From Rhynchobatus australiae (taxonomy: Eukaryota): a DNA stretch of 64,000 nt. The translations under genes were made by a program, and so were the position numbers. Positions 27,642 to 40,189 of this stretch are shown here, in pieces. The stretch spans positions 81,761,779 to 81,825,778 of the forward strand of contig JAUZTB010000064.1 in NCBI GenBank assembly GCA_034780895.1. The letters are read 5' to 3'. Under the pieces are notes generated by a model. That model had not been told where the DNA came from and ran no database searches. It worked only from the letters and a program-made list of their open reading frames with translations. Numbering within the stretch: the first letter of the stretch is position 1; each line of letters starts with the position of its first letter.

Positions 27642-27850
27642 TGGGGCGCCACAGTGGCACAGCTAGTAGAGCCTTGGCTTCATTGTGCCAGAGACCCAGG
27701 TTCAATCCTGACCTCAGGAGATGACTGTGTGGTTTTCATATTCTCCCTGTGACTGCATGGGTTTCCTCCGGGTGTTTCAGTTTTCTCCCACATCCCAAAG
27801 ACATGTGGGTTGGCAGGTTAATTGGCCACTGTAAATTTCCCCTAGTGTCT
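27642..27850 (+). mobile_element. V-domain tRNA-derived SINE (HE1-like)
   Basis: A-box-like gtggcacagctagtagag, B-box ggttcaatcc, V-domain gggtttcctccgggtgtttcagttttctcccacatcccaaagacatgtg. Confidence 0.85.
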
Positions 27851-28858
27851 GTGGCAGAATCTGTTGTTTTGGGGCCACTCCCATTAATAATTTTCTACCT
27901 TCCACTCAGAAGAAGTTCGTGTGCTGAAGTGGTGATACATCCAATGGAGCTATTGCTTCTAGGGGAAAATGAACTCCAATAAGTCATGAAGACTTAAGGA
28001 GCTTTTATATATTTAATAAGTAAAAATGACAATTGAACAGGAATTCCACTGCCATTTTCAATTATATGAAGCCTCTCTCTGAGAGTAGGGAGAGTGGTTT
28101 GGAGAAAAGTCTTTATATAGGTTGCTTCCCATAAGAAGAGAGATGGATAAATATTAGAAACACGTATTACAGACAGAGAATGTGGCAGAAGAACATTTCT
28201 GGAAAGTTCGAGCCAAATGCCAGCATGGATATTCAGGAACAACTGGCCTTTTGTTCAGTAACTTCCAAGATCCATGTTGTGATACAAGTTCCTAGGCTGT
28301 GGATGCCTTCCATTACCTTTCTCAACCGCTCATTCCTCATCCATAATGATGTTTTTATGTCATTTAACCACTGAGCACAAGTCATCCAAGCCTGATCCCA
28401 TTATAATACACACATGTTCATCCTGAGGTTTCAACAACGGGAACTCCAGCTGAATTTTATTGCTTTTCCAAGTCATAGGCATTGTCAGAAGCAGCTAGAG
28501 ATTAGTTAATGAAGCACAGAGCAGCTGGTGGAAATGGGTCATGCTGGGGCTGTGAGGACCAATCCTTTGTCACTTGGTGTATTTGCCATGAGAACACTCA
28601 CTCTTAATGTTAATGAGCAAAAGAAAGGTTGCTTCTTAGCTTATGCAGGTAAAAATCATCTCACAATGCGTCATATGGCAAAAGCCGAAGTTGTTGATGT
28701 AAAACTCAGCACAAGAATTAAGATGTCGGCAACTACAAGAGAAAATTGAGAAGACCAAGTCTAGTCTGCAAGAGGAACATCAAGGATTTTGTTCAAAGTA
28801 GCAAAAATATTGAAGAGAAAGCTGAGAAGATCAGGTGAAGAAATCGCTGGAAAATATA

Positions 28859-29192
28859 CAGGAAGTCCCCAGGTTACGAACGAGTTCTGTTTTAGAGACT
28901 GTTCGTAACCTGATTTTGTGCGCAACTCGGAACAGGGTCCGAGCATGCGCACTAGGCCTGGGGATTACAGCCGCACTGGGCCCCAGCCGCACATGCGCAC
29001 TAGGCCTGGAAATTGAGGCTGCGCATGCGCACTAGGCCCGGGGAGCGAGGCCGCGCATGCACAATTGGCCTGGGGATTGCGGCCGCACTGGGCCCCAGCT
29101 GCACATGCGCACTTGGCCCGGGGGTCCCATGAAGGCCCGTTCGTAAGTACGGATGTTCGTAAGTCGGGCGTTCGTAAAACGGGGACTGCCTG
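28859..29192. mobile_element. Tigger/pogo-like MITE (334 bp) with GC-rich internal tandem array
   Basis: TA target duplication at 28857-58 and 29193-94; TIRs CAGGAAGTCCCCAGGTTACGAACG vs CAGGCAGTCCCCGTTTTACGAACG (20/24); subterminal GTTCGTAA repeats. Confidence 0.9.
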
Positions 29193-29881
29193 TACACCAA
29201 GAAAATTCCAGATGACTGCGGAATTAATGTCAGAATAAAACACTAAGCATATGAAAGAGAATATCTTTTACTTCACATACACTTCCGTATATCCCTTGCA
29301 AGCCAGCAGTTACGCCACACAGTAATTCAGGTCACATTAACGAGGGACCATTTGACCTACACAGTGAATAAACAAAACAAAAAAGAGACATTCCACCGGA
29401 ACAACAATGGCAACATGAGAGCAAGGCACGCACAGCTTCTCCTACAACGTGGCTGAGGATTAGGCTGCTCGGTATTTGATTCCAGCTAACTGCCACTTCT
29501 CTTTCCTTACTGTTTTATTATTTATTTACAATAATGATCTAAACAGTTTGCTTTTCATTGGTAACAGGTTATTGATACACAGCTGCATTCATTCTATTCA
29601 GTGCACAACTTCCAACAGCGGTTCTTGCTCCAGTTTTGATATTAATGACACCTTATTACTTCAGGTAACCTGCATTGTCTTTCACTGCTCTATATGCATG
29701 TGGCCTGTGTCCGGAACTTGGCCTAAGTTAACTGTGTTGAGGCTCTATAAGTATTTTATTTGGATAAATTAACAGAAACTTTTCCTTCATTAACATTTAA
29801 AATTGGTGATGTCTCAGTAAATAACCACTTGGGATAGAATCGATCCATGCAACTACAAGAGCATATCTTTAGAGGCAGCTC

Positions 29882-30005
29882 TATAGGTTTCGAGCTGAAA
29901 TATCGACAATTCCTTTCTTGCCACAGATGCTGCTCGACCCGCTGAGTTTCTCCAGCAGATTGTTTATTGCTTCAGATTCCAGCATCTGCAGTGTCTTGTG
30001 TCTCT
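29882..30005 (+). mobile_element. Penelope-like element terminal (pLTR) fragment
   Basis: gaaatatcgac..cacagatgctgctcgacccgctgagtttctccagcagattgtt..agattccagcatctgcagtgtcttgtgtct matches the terminus following the GIY-YIG fragment at 58510-58630. Confidence 0.75.
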
Positions 30006-30999
30006 ATTCTGTGTTAAGTGATTTCTAGCTGTGGAGATGCTACCACTGACCTCTACGCCTCAGAGTGATGCCTCTCAGATAAAATCTCAGAGTGGCACTG
30101 GCAAGAGAGAAGACACAGCATGTGCCCTCTAATCATGCTCTAAAAAGACAATGAATGCTAGTCTCAAAAATGGTTAAGAAGCCAAGAAACAGCACAAGTA
30201 CTTCCTTTCCCCATTAAAGTGCTCTTTCAAGTTAATGCTCAAAAGGCCCCTCCTTCCCAATGACTGATTGTTTAAAAGCAGAGATATTTTTATAATAAAG
30301 GTTCAAAATAAAGCTTTTCCTGAAATGCTAAGAACCTCCCAGTGACTTTGTTACCACCCTTTAAAGTTGTCATCTATATGCATAACTTGTATGTCCACAT
30401 TCTGAAGCAGTGTCTATATACAGACAGAATGAACAAGATTCTTAATCATGTGTGGAATGTGTCATCGATATTCATTTATACATCTAGTATTCAATGCTGT
30501 GGATAGTTAAATAACAGCAGTGTTTGCCCTACAAAATATATAATTCAAAGTTCTTTTAAGGCACCCATGGAAGAAGTTATATAAACGCAACCTTTTTACT
30601 ATTTCATAATGATTTCTATTCTTGGCACCATCATTACAACTTCAGTGGTTGAAGATGAAAACCCCACCATCTTCTCGGGCCAATCGTGAAATGAGTAATA
30701 ATGCCAGCTCATTTATATGGCGGGGACATTTAACACTTCATTAAATATTAGTATCCATGTCATTGTCCCANNNNNNNNNNNNNNNNNNNNNNNNNNNNNN
30801 NNNNNNNNNNNNNNNNNNNNNNNNNNNNNNNNNNNNNNNNNNNNNNNNNNNNNNNNNNNNNNNNNNNNNNNNNNNNNNNNNNNNNNNNNNNNNNNNNNNN
30901 NNNNNNNNNNNNNNNNNNNNNNNNNNNNNNNNNNNNNNNNNNNNNNNNNNNNNNNNNNNNNNNNNNNNNNNNNNNNNNNNNATGCATTCCATTCCACGT

Positions 31000-31215
31000 A
31001 CTTGTACACAAAAGTCTTGGTGGACATTTCAGCATGGTGCTGAGGGAGTGTTGCATTTATGCAGGAAGGTAAACCAAGGCCCAGATGTTAAATTACAAGT
31101 TCTCCCTCAGATGGATGCAAGAGATCTTGTAGCACAATTCTGAAGAACAACTTGCTGTTGTGGCCAATATTTGTTCCTAAAACAGATTATCTTGCCATCA
31201 GTTCATTCCTCATTA
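31000..31215 (+). mobile_element. Deu-domain SINE remnant
   Basis: ctgagggagtgttgca..taaaccaaggccc..ctccctcagatggatgcaagagatc..tgaagaac..tggccaatatttgttcc. Confidence 0.55.
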
Positions 31216-31629
31216 CCAACCTGGCTCTACTATACTACGCTGCTCTCTGATGTTCACTGCAAAAACCTCTAAAGCATGGACCACTTCTATATCTCAGAAC
31301 CATCTCTAGTGAACCATCAATGATGAAATTGACCGTCACCTTCAGTGCACCAGCAGAGCTGCTGGATGACTGTGGATAAGGATGTTTGAGGCTCAGGAAC
31401 TCAAACTAGTTTAAAATTGTCTGTTGGGAATGTTTGCCTGGGAGAGGCGACTGATGTTAATTCGTTGACTGATGCCCTCTTTTATGCTTTTGAGGACTGT
31501 CTACAGCAGGCACATTAAAGCTCTGGAGAGTTACTACCAATGTTGTCTCTGCAAAATTCTCCAATACCTGGCTGGTATAAATCTTTTCAATAAGATTTCT
31601 TCTCATCCTAATCTCCACAGATTCCATAT

Positions 31630-32660
31630 GCTTAATCAGTTTTAAAAACTGTGTGTGGAAATCCAGGTGTGGTCTCCTTAAGTATCTCTGATCTTGCATC
31701 ACTCTTAGTCTTATACCCTTTAGATTGTGTTGTGTCTTTTCGTTCTTCCTACCTATCACTTTGCTCTTCACTATATTAAACTTTATCTATGTGATGTCCA
31801 CCCACCCCACCAATCAAAGTTCTTCTGACTCATATGATTTGACTCCCCACTACTTACTGTACTTCAAGGTTGTGCTTTATCTTCAAGTTCAAGCTTTGAA
31901 ATATACCAAGAAAGGAAGTGATCCTAAAACTGAACCCCAGGGAACACCACTATTTTTCATCATTGTGCACTTTGAAAAGTAAACAATTACCATTGTTTCC
32001 TATAATTAAGCCAATTTCTCAATCAATATTGCCTTTCCTTCCATGGACTTCAGTGTTAACCAACCTAGTATGTGGTAACTTATGAAAAGGCTTTTGGAAG
32101 TCCACAAATGACAAGAGCGACTTCACTGCCTTCATCAATTGTCCCAAGCATGGGCAGGCACGGTAGTGTAGTGGTTAGCGTAACACTATTACAGCGCCAG
32201 CGACCCAGGTTCAATTCCAGCCACTGTCTGTAAGGAGTTTGTACGTTCTCCCCGTGTGTCTATGTAGGTTTCCTCCAGGTGCTCCGGTTTCCTCCCACAT
32301 TCCAAAGACGTACGGGTTAGGAGTTATGGGCATGCTATGTTGGCGCTGGAAGCGTGGCGACACTTGTGGGCTGCCCCCAGTGTCAACACTCTACGTAAAA
32401 GATGGATTTCACTCTGTGTTTTGATGTACATGTGACTAATAAAGAAATCTTATCAAAATGCTTAATCATGTTACCTAAACACAATTTGCTCTATGCTGGT
32501 TCTCCTTAATTAATCTGCAATTGTCCAAATGACTGTTACATTCCATCCTGGATCTTTGTTGGAGTAGCTTCCCCACCAGCAAGGTTAGACTAACTGGCTG
32601 GTAGTGTTTGGGTTCATCCTTCCATCTTCTTTTGAACAAGGGTGCAGCATTTGCAATTCT
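31630..32660 (-). mobile_element. Old CR1 LINE fragment interrupted by a younger SINE
   Basis: Antisense aaaactgaaccccagggaacaccact (SGVPWGSVL), aaggcttttggaagtccac (VDFQKAF), aaggttagactaactggctggtag (YQPVSLT). Confidence 0.7.
32152..32455 (+). mobile_element. Young V-domain tRNA-derived SINE
   Basis: A box ggtagtgtagtggtt, B box ggttcaattcc, V-domain gtttcctccaggtgctccggtttcctcccacattccaaagac, tail gatgtacatgtgactaataaagaaatcttatc; CpGs retained. Confidence 0.9.
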
Positions 32661-33399
32661 GATTTGCCTGATTGAATCCTGTTAGCTCAGCCTTACCTAT
32701 AGGATATTGAAATAAAAATTGCAAAGATGGAAATGCTAATCTCAAATGATACTGATCTAAAAAGAACAGAACTACTGCAGCTCTTAGTTTATACAGATTG
32801 GAAGAAGTGGGACACAAACTTCAAACGTGCTCTATTGCATTCACTAACATAGAATATACACTGAAGTGACAACAATGACAATGGTGGGGAGCAAATTAAA
32901 TCAGAAAGGAAGTATTTAAAATCTGACACAGTTAAATGTTATCTAATAAGTATAGATGTGCATGAAAATGAAATGTTAATTCTCAATCTCACACAAAGTA
33001 ATTCAATACACTGAAAAAGTACATCACAATTTCTACAGATCAGAGAATCTATAGACTTCAGTGCAACAAAAGAAAGCAAAATGCCTTTCAAGAGAAATCA
33101 ACATGCTTTTATACTAATTCTCCACTCTCCCAATAAAACTTGTATTTTTCTTAAGTTGTTGATTCTAGTTGATTGGTTGTGTGAAATGTCTGTTGCTGCT
33201 GTCTAAATTACTGTTAAATTATCTCTCATCATAGACCAAGATTACCGATCAGGTTGTGTTTTGAGGATGAAGGTTCAGTTGCAGTTGGCTGATTGGGCAA
33301 ATCATGGAAATTAAGATTCAGAGCAAATAGCCTTCTATAATCTGCCAGCACACTCAACCAGATTTCACAGCATTACACAAACTCACAGCAAAGTAATAA

Positions 33400-33700
33400 G
33401 CCACATGTCCAGATGGTCTACTTCAATGTTTACACAGCATATGAGCCTCCTTCACTCAAACTCACATCCTTCTCTTTCCACCCTCTACAATCCCAGTGCT
33501 CATCTGCTCCACCAGGCAGTAAGTTCTAACCTCACCACTTCTCTGCGAAGGCTTCACAAACTGTTAGGAGCTATCGTATATATTTTTTTTATTGTTTTGA
33601 ACTCTCACAGAAGTAGATATACTTTCTCCATATTCACTCTACAAAATCCCTTCATAAATTTGAAGACCTCAATTTTCCCCCTCCGGAAAAAAAAGAGTTC
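33400..33700 (-). mobile_element. Old CR1 LINE fragment
   Basis: Minus ORF RRGKIEVFKFMKGFCRVNMEKVYLL resembles the CR1 C-terminal RGDLIEVFKIMKGFDRV motif. Confidence 0.6.
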
Positions 33701-35484
33701 AATTTGTGACCCGTTAACTAATTTTAGCCACCTAACATTAACTGTCACTTTCCCATATTTTCCAAAGGATAAGAAAAAAGAATCCATCCAATCAAAGGAC
33801 TCGGTAGGTGAAATTTTTGCAACTGAAATAATATGAACAGGTTCACGTTTAGTCTATGTCTGTTTGGTGGCTCTCAACCAGGACAACAGTGAGGGCTTAC
33901 AAATTGAACTCAATCCCACTGGCCAACAATGATCCAAATTATTTTTAGGGGCTCCGTCTTGCTAAAGATCAATTGGTCCCAAAGTGTTAACATAGAGCTT
34001 GAATATGATGCTGTCCATCATCCACAATCAAAAAGCTTGCCACATGAGCTTGCCTCACAGTGAGAGTCAGTGAGTCTTTGAGAAATTAGAAATAGATTCA
34101 CAGATGCAAAACCTCATACATTTTTAATACCTAATCTAAATTCATTGTACGTGCTTCCAAGAGAATAGCTTTAGCAGCATATAATGATAAATATGTTTAT
34201 TACGGGACAACTCGCTTGTCATTGATGCCAACAGATATTACGTCAAAGAGTTCTACAAAATAAATCAGATAAAAATTAATTGAAGTCACATTAGTACATA
34301 GTTTCTTAGTTCAAGGAAACTAATCCTAGTGAATTAATTTCACACATCTTTCTCCTGAGATCTGAATCTTTTAATAATAAAGTGAGGCTGTTATTACTTG
34401 ATTCCCTGTTCTCTTGATTTTCCACCTTTCCACATTCATTGCGAAAGGATGTGGCACTCCCTCTCAAAGAGATTGGTTTAATTCTGTTTCAAAACAGAAG
34501 TAACAAGAAGCACAACAGTGTTGGGCAGGTTCAACTGTGACACCAAGGTCATAGGAAACTGTTAGGTTCTATCACAAATAACTCTAACTAGAGAAAAGTT
34601 CAGCTTTCAATTTATAGCAGGTTTCCAATTAGCAATACAAATTTGTAATTATTCCCAGTTCCCGTGACCATCTCAACACAGAGTGTGAAGCAGGAGTGAA
34701 CAGTATGATATATTTTACAGTGGTTCTCAGCCAATTTACATTCACAAAAAAAATCCTGACAAACTTCCAAATTTAGTAACAATGCCTCCCTGTCTTGTTC
34801 GTCGCGACTTCAAAAAGAGCTTGATTTGTTTGCTCCGAGCATTTTTGATATCAACTGTTCCTGGGAAAATTCATCCACAATCAACATAAACGCTTAAAAC
34901 TTCCAGCAATTTCCATCCACACCCTGTGAAATTAAACACCACAGAGATGAAAATGAGATTACTGGCATCTAAACAAGATGGATAATTTCAGTGTGGACAT
35001 GGAAAGCAAACAGATAACTGGCATAACAATCTGGCTCTGCACCTTAAAGACAAACTACAGGGGATGGGTGAGACAATAACTGATTACAGAGTTACTGCTT
35101 AAAATTGCCATAGCCATTACACTGTTATTACATATAGATATAGTGTCATACTAACTTGGTAAACTTCATTTAGAAACACAGATAAAACAAAAATCATACA
35201 TTGCAATAGTACCTTTAATGTTGAAAAGTGTCTCAAGGTGCTTTACAGAGAAAACAGACTGGTGAGTCTTTGTGGAAGCAATGGGAGAGATAATCAAAGG
35301 CATAGTTGAAGATCTATATTTTGAAAATAGCACCAGAAAGGGAGATGGAGAAACACAGGAGTTTGGAGATGGAGGTCTAAGAAGAAACAGGGAAGATGCT
35401 GAGCAATCCTGAAGTCAGCTAGGTCTTTTGACACGCCTGAAAAGGTGATTCTAACGCAACAGCACACTGTGGGTTCTGGTAGCC

Positions 35485-35822
35485 TGTGGCTAAGTTACTG
35501 GACTAGTAGCCAGAATTCTGGGCCATTGATTTAAATACCTGAACTTGAATCCTGCAATGTTAGCTGGTGAATGTAAATTCAGAATATTAAATAGATCTGG
35601 AAATTTAAAGAAAATTGTTCCTGTTAATTGCAACCAGATTGTTGTAAAATCTCAATCTGTACCTACTAATGTCCCTTCAGGAAGTCTGCCGTCCTTACCC
35701 ATTTGGCCTGGTTGTGACTTCAGATCCATCAATTTGGATTACTTTTAATTTCTCCTCAGCTCAGGGCAATTCGGATGGACAATAAGTGCTGGCCAGCAAG
35801 GACCACATCCCAACTAAAAAAA
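35485..35822 (+). mobile_element. tRNA-derived SINE with LINE-like tail
   Basis: gttactggactagtagccaga head, ctaatgtcccttcaggaagtctgccgtccttacc, ctcagggcaattcggatggacaataagtgctggcc..cacatccc..aaaaaaaa tail. Confidence 0.7.
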
Positions 35823-36247
35823 ACACTAGCTCACCACAGGTGGCTTATTCTGTTCCTGATTAGTTAATTAAAAGTTTGTAACACACTCATTGGAGATGTC
35901 ATCTTAACACTTATATTTGCATATTAGTATGCATGTGAAATCTAATCTCTGTGGGCTTGTTAAAGTAATAAATCTAAGTGCAAGGAATCTGGTTCTGATT
36001 ATTGTATATGTTTTATTTCCTTATTTACTGAATGGTTGTGGACAATTATTGACTGAATACACACAAGAAGAAAGCTTTTCTGAAACAGTCGTTAATTGCC
36101 AATTCTTTTAGGATGGCAGAGACAGAAGATGCCACAGTACTGTGGAATTCCAGATATTTCAGAAAGTCTGCTTACATCAGAACCTTCTCAAGGTACATTC
36201 ACAGTGGTAGCACAGTTTGGTTTATCCCTCAGAGAGCAGATCCATTA

Positions 36248-36762
36248 CATTAATCAGGAGGCTTGTCCAGTATGGGTTTCTTTGGAAGCTAACTCTGTTA
36301 AAAATGTTTCTATTATTTCTCTGCTTGGTTCTTCACTTCCTTTATCATTAAATAAACTAACAGATAATTTAGTAGTTAAACACATTTTGTGGATTTGGTT
36401 ACAATTTAGAAAATATTTTGGTTTATTGAGTTTTTCTTTGTCCAGTCCCATTATCTCTAATTATTTTTTTAAGCCTTCTATGACAGATGTAGTTTTTAAA
36501 GAGTGGGACAAATTAGGTATTACTTGTTTTCAGGATCTGTTTGNNNNNNNNNNNNNNNNNNNNNNNNNNNNNNNNNNNNNNNNNNNNNNNNNNNNNNNNN
36601 NNNNNNNNNNNNNNNNNNNNNNNNNNNNNNNNNNNNNNNNNNNATTTAGAGTATTGTGATCCTAAGTATGATTTAACACAATGTATTCAGTAGTATTTTT
36701 ACTCTCTTTTTTGATGCATGTACTCTCTATTTTTTTTCGTGGACTTAATAAAAATATTGTAA
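36248..36762 (+). mobile_element. 5'-truncated L1-type LINE with 17-bp target-site duplication
   Basis: Open frame CPVWVSLEANSVKNVSIISLLGSSLP..NLVVKHILWIWLQFRKYFGL..FKEWDKLGITCFQDLF (L1 ORF2 C-terminal region); AATAAA at 36747; TSD AGAGAGC(A/C)GATCCATTA at 36231-36247 and 36763-36779. Confidence 0.85.
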
Positions 36763-37260
36763 AGAGAGCCGATCCATTATAGTGCCACTGGTCCTGGAGT
36801 CCGAACACTCCCAGGCATGTACCACCTTTTACTGTGAAAATAATATCTACTCAGACTGCACACAGCTGTGCTGAGATCTGGCATGAAGCCCTTCTCTGCA
36901 GCCCCCTTCCCACCCCCAAATCAAAAATGACCCCATGGCTGGGTGTGGAGATTGCCTGTGAGGACTGGCATTGGGTGGGCTAAGATGAGCGGTGTGGCCA
37001 CTCAGCACTGAGGGAAAAGGTTCGGGACTGCAGTAAGGCAAGTCTGGGCCATTGCTGGGAACAGGCAGCAGACAGGCCTCCTGGATACTGTGGCCTCTCT
37101 TGCCACCTCCTGTTGGATGTGACAGAAGCTGTTGTGTCCCCACCTCTAACCAGCCTGGAGAATAGATTGGAACAAGCTCAGTGATGGTTGGTGGCATCGA
37201 TCCAGCTGGCGTTCAACGAGTGCATGAGCAACAGCCTCCGCCCACCACATCGGCCAGCCG

Positions 37261-37309
37261 TGGGGAGGGCAGGGGTTCCCACCACGGCGCTGGGGAGGGC
37301 AGGGGTTCC
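37261..37309 (+). repeat. 30-bp-period duplication, G-run rich
   Basis: TGGGGAGGGCAGGGGTTCC at 37261-37279 and 37291-37309. Confidence 0.9.
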
Positions 37310-40189
37310 ACTAAGCTCCTGCACATCAGTGCTAACAGTAATATATCTCTTTATATATGTTATACTGACCCCATTTGGCACTGATTCCAATAGCGTTCTC
37401 GTTCCTTGGAATGTACCTGAACTGCTAAGCGAAGTACTGGTGTATATGTGAAGCAAGTGTTGGTGAAACAGCCACTCAGGTTTGAGGAGTTCCAAGTTTG
37501 ATCCTTTGAAGATTCACTAATTTGAACTAAGGTAATGGATAGAAAGGTCACAATTGTCACAGAGTAATGAAGTATCGACGCAGGCTCTTCGGCCCAACGA
37601 GACCATGCTGTATACAGTGTGAGCGCCCTGTCTACAGTATACTAGGATATGAGAGAAAACAAAATGACCCTGCTCAAGATTGGCATTCTATGCTTGAAAT
37701 GGGGAAGAAGGTAATTCCTGGGATGGAAATTTCAGGATTTAAATTTTAAACATTCAACCTAATTAAGGTAGTTTTAAATTTAGTCTCTGTCAGAAAAGTC
37801 ATAGAATAGCTACAAAAAAATATACTAAGTTACCCTTATGCATCATAGAAGCTAGATCCATTCACATCTGACCATGTATAAACTCGTTACACTTGCTAAT
37901 CTGCCGAAAAGATATTTTATTCACCAGCACTGGCATCCCTCATCAAGCACAAAAAAAGCCATTAAAAAATCAATTGGCACACCACCAACGGATGGGAAAA
38001 TGAAGACTGACGTCAGCAGTGTAACTGTCCTGTTTTGCGACAAGTAAACAACAAAGCTGCGCTCTCAATAATACTTGTTTTATTGCTTTTGCATTCAGCC
38101 TATGCCAAGATGAGGCCAACGATCACTTTAAGTATTGTAATTAGAAGGCACTGCTGGCCTCAGAGACTGGCTTTCTCTCTCTCTTTCTCTCTCTGTTGTG
38201 CTGCATTCAGCTGCTAACTCTCTAGCTACAGATGTACCTGCCAAATACCTTTGGGTTCAAAATTCTTTTGCCACTCAGTCCAAACTGGGGCAAAAGATAC
38301 CCCTTCAAAATACATGTCAGTAATCTTAATGTTAACTACCTTTCAAAGAATTGAAAACTTCAAGGTTCCTACTAATATTTGCATTTCAAAAAAATCCAAA
38401 ATGAGAATTTACTCAAGTTATTTCTACCTGTTCTAAAATGCACTAATGCTCCTCTTGTTCTCTTTGACAGCAAATGTTAAAGTCATTAGGCAGTATAAAC
38501 AACTGATACTTTGAGGTGTGAGTGAGTGAAACTATCCTTGAATAGTGGTTTGATTCGCTCCCTCTGACCAAAACTACAGATGGTGATACAACACAACAGT
38601 TTCGGTCTCCAGCAACAACTCCGGCTACGCTTTAACCTTTTTAAAATAACATTAAGAAGAAATGACCAAAGATTAGTCCCTAACTGAATTTACCAATCAC
38701 ATCTCCCTTCATCACAACATGGAACAGCTGGAGTGTGGGTGAAGTGGAGCGGATGATGTCTTTCATGCTTCCGAGCACAATGCCCAAGATACCTGCCAAG
38801 CATCAGCACTGTGCACGAGAACTGCTTCAGTGGTACAGTGAGTATTTAATATTCATCTCATTGATGCTTTCATCACCTCCCCTAAGTTGTTAAAATTATA
38901 GATGAAAAAGTTAGAATTTCTTAATTATTACGATTAACAAATATAACATGTAAATTTCATCAGTTGACAATTACTAATTATACAGTAGCAAATGGACTGA
39001 CAGTAAAATGTGAGAAACTCACAACCAACTAAACCAACAGGCGGTTATGATAATATCCAATTTAAAGTGAAATTAACATAAGCACGGGAGCATCTTCCAT
39101 GGTAAGTTCCTATTTATGTTCCATATCTTCTGGATTTTCTCTGAATGATTCTATGAACTGTGAAGACATCACCACAATCAGATATTAAGGTGAATTAAGC
39201 AGATGCAGACCACTTCAATTACTTAAAGACAAACACATTGGCATTCATAATCAATACCAAAAACATTTGGGAAGTACTTTCAACTGCCAACCATCAACAG
39301 TGCACACATTCCTGTTAAGTGTGTAATAGATTTCCTGCCATTGTTATTCCCTTAACAGAAGGGTACACTTAAGTACATAGCATACCACTACGGCTAAATT
39401 ATTTGAAATCACTTCATGTTATATTTATAATAATACAAGTGTTTCTGCAATGCTTGGAAAACTTGGAATATAACTTACACAGACCAGAATTGAGAAATAG
39501 TTGAACTATTAAAACATTACTTAACTGAAGATCATGATCAATTTATTAAATGAAGTAAAATAGCAAGATCAGAGCTATTGGCTGAAAAAACTTAGTGTTC
39601 AAAAAATATTGTCATTTATCAGAAGACACCTTCATAAAAGCTGCTGAAATTAACATGCTTAGTTTATCTACGACATGATGTGATTACAAATTTATGTGAA
39701 AAGAACATAAAAATAAAATTTTTTGAATGCCAGAATAGGAAGACATGGGTCTAGCAAAGTTAAAGTCGATGGAAATTATATTTTAGGTTGGCACAGAACA
39801 ACTGGGCAAGAGCCGCATTAAAATTTTGACTTAGCACATCTTAGATGTCTCATTTTTTTTTAAAGATTAAGACAAAAGTACTGTAGACGGTAACAGATCA
39901 NNNNNNNNNNNNNNNNNNNNNNNNNNNNNNNNNNNNNNNNNNNNNNNNNNNNNNNNNNNNNNNNNNNNNNNNNNNNNNNNNNNNNNNNNNNNNNNNNNNN
40001 AGATCATTGGTTGTACACTATCCCAACAAAATGTGTTGCTGTTGCAACATTTACTCTTAAAATATAGCAAACATAACTTTATTGCATGAAAAACTGTTTG
40101 AATTATTAAATGTGTTTCTTTATTTTGTGAGGGTCGGTTGTAGTAGACAGTCACAAAGCATCATATGCACCTGATGCTAATTTGCTGAT

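Noticed and set aside
32152-32225. tRNA gene
   Set aside because: A/B boxes are present but there is no complete cloverleaf; it continues into a V-domain, so it is a SINE head. The same applies to 27642 and 42521.
36096-36659. 187-aa ORF as a host gene
   Set aside because: Chimeric: chance upstream sequence fused to L1 ORF2 sequence and N gap, with the L1 part bounded by a TSD.
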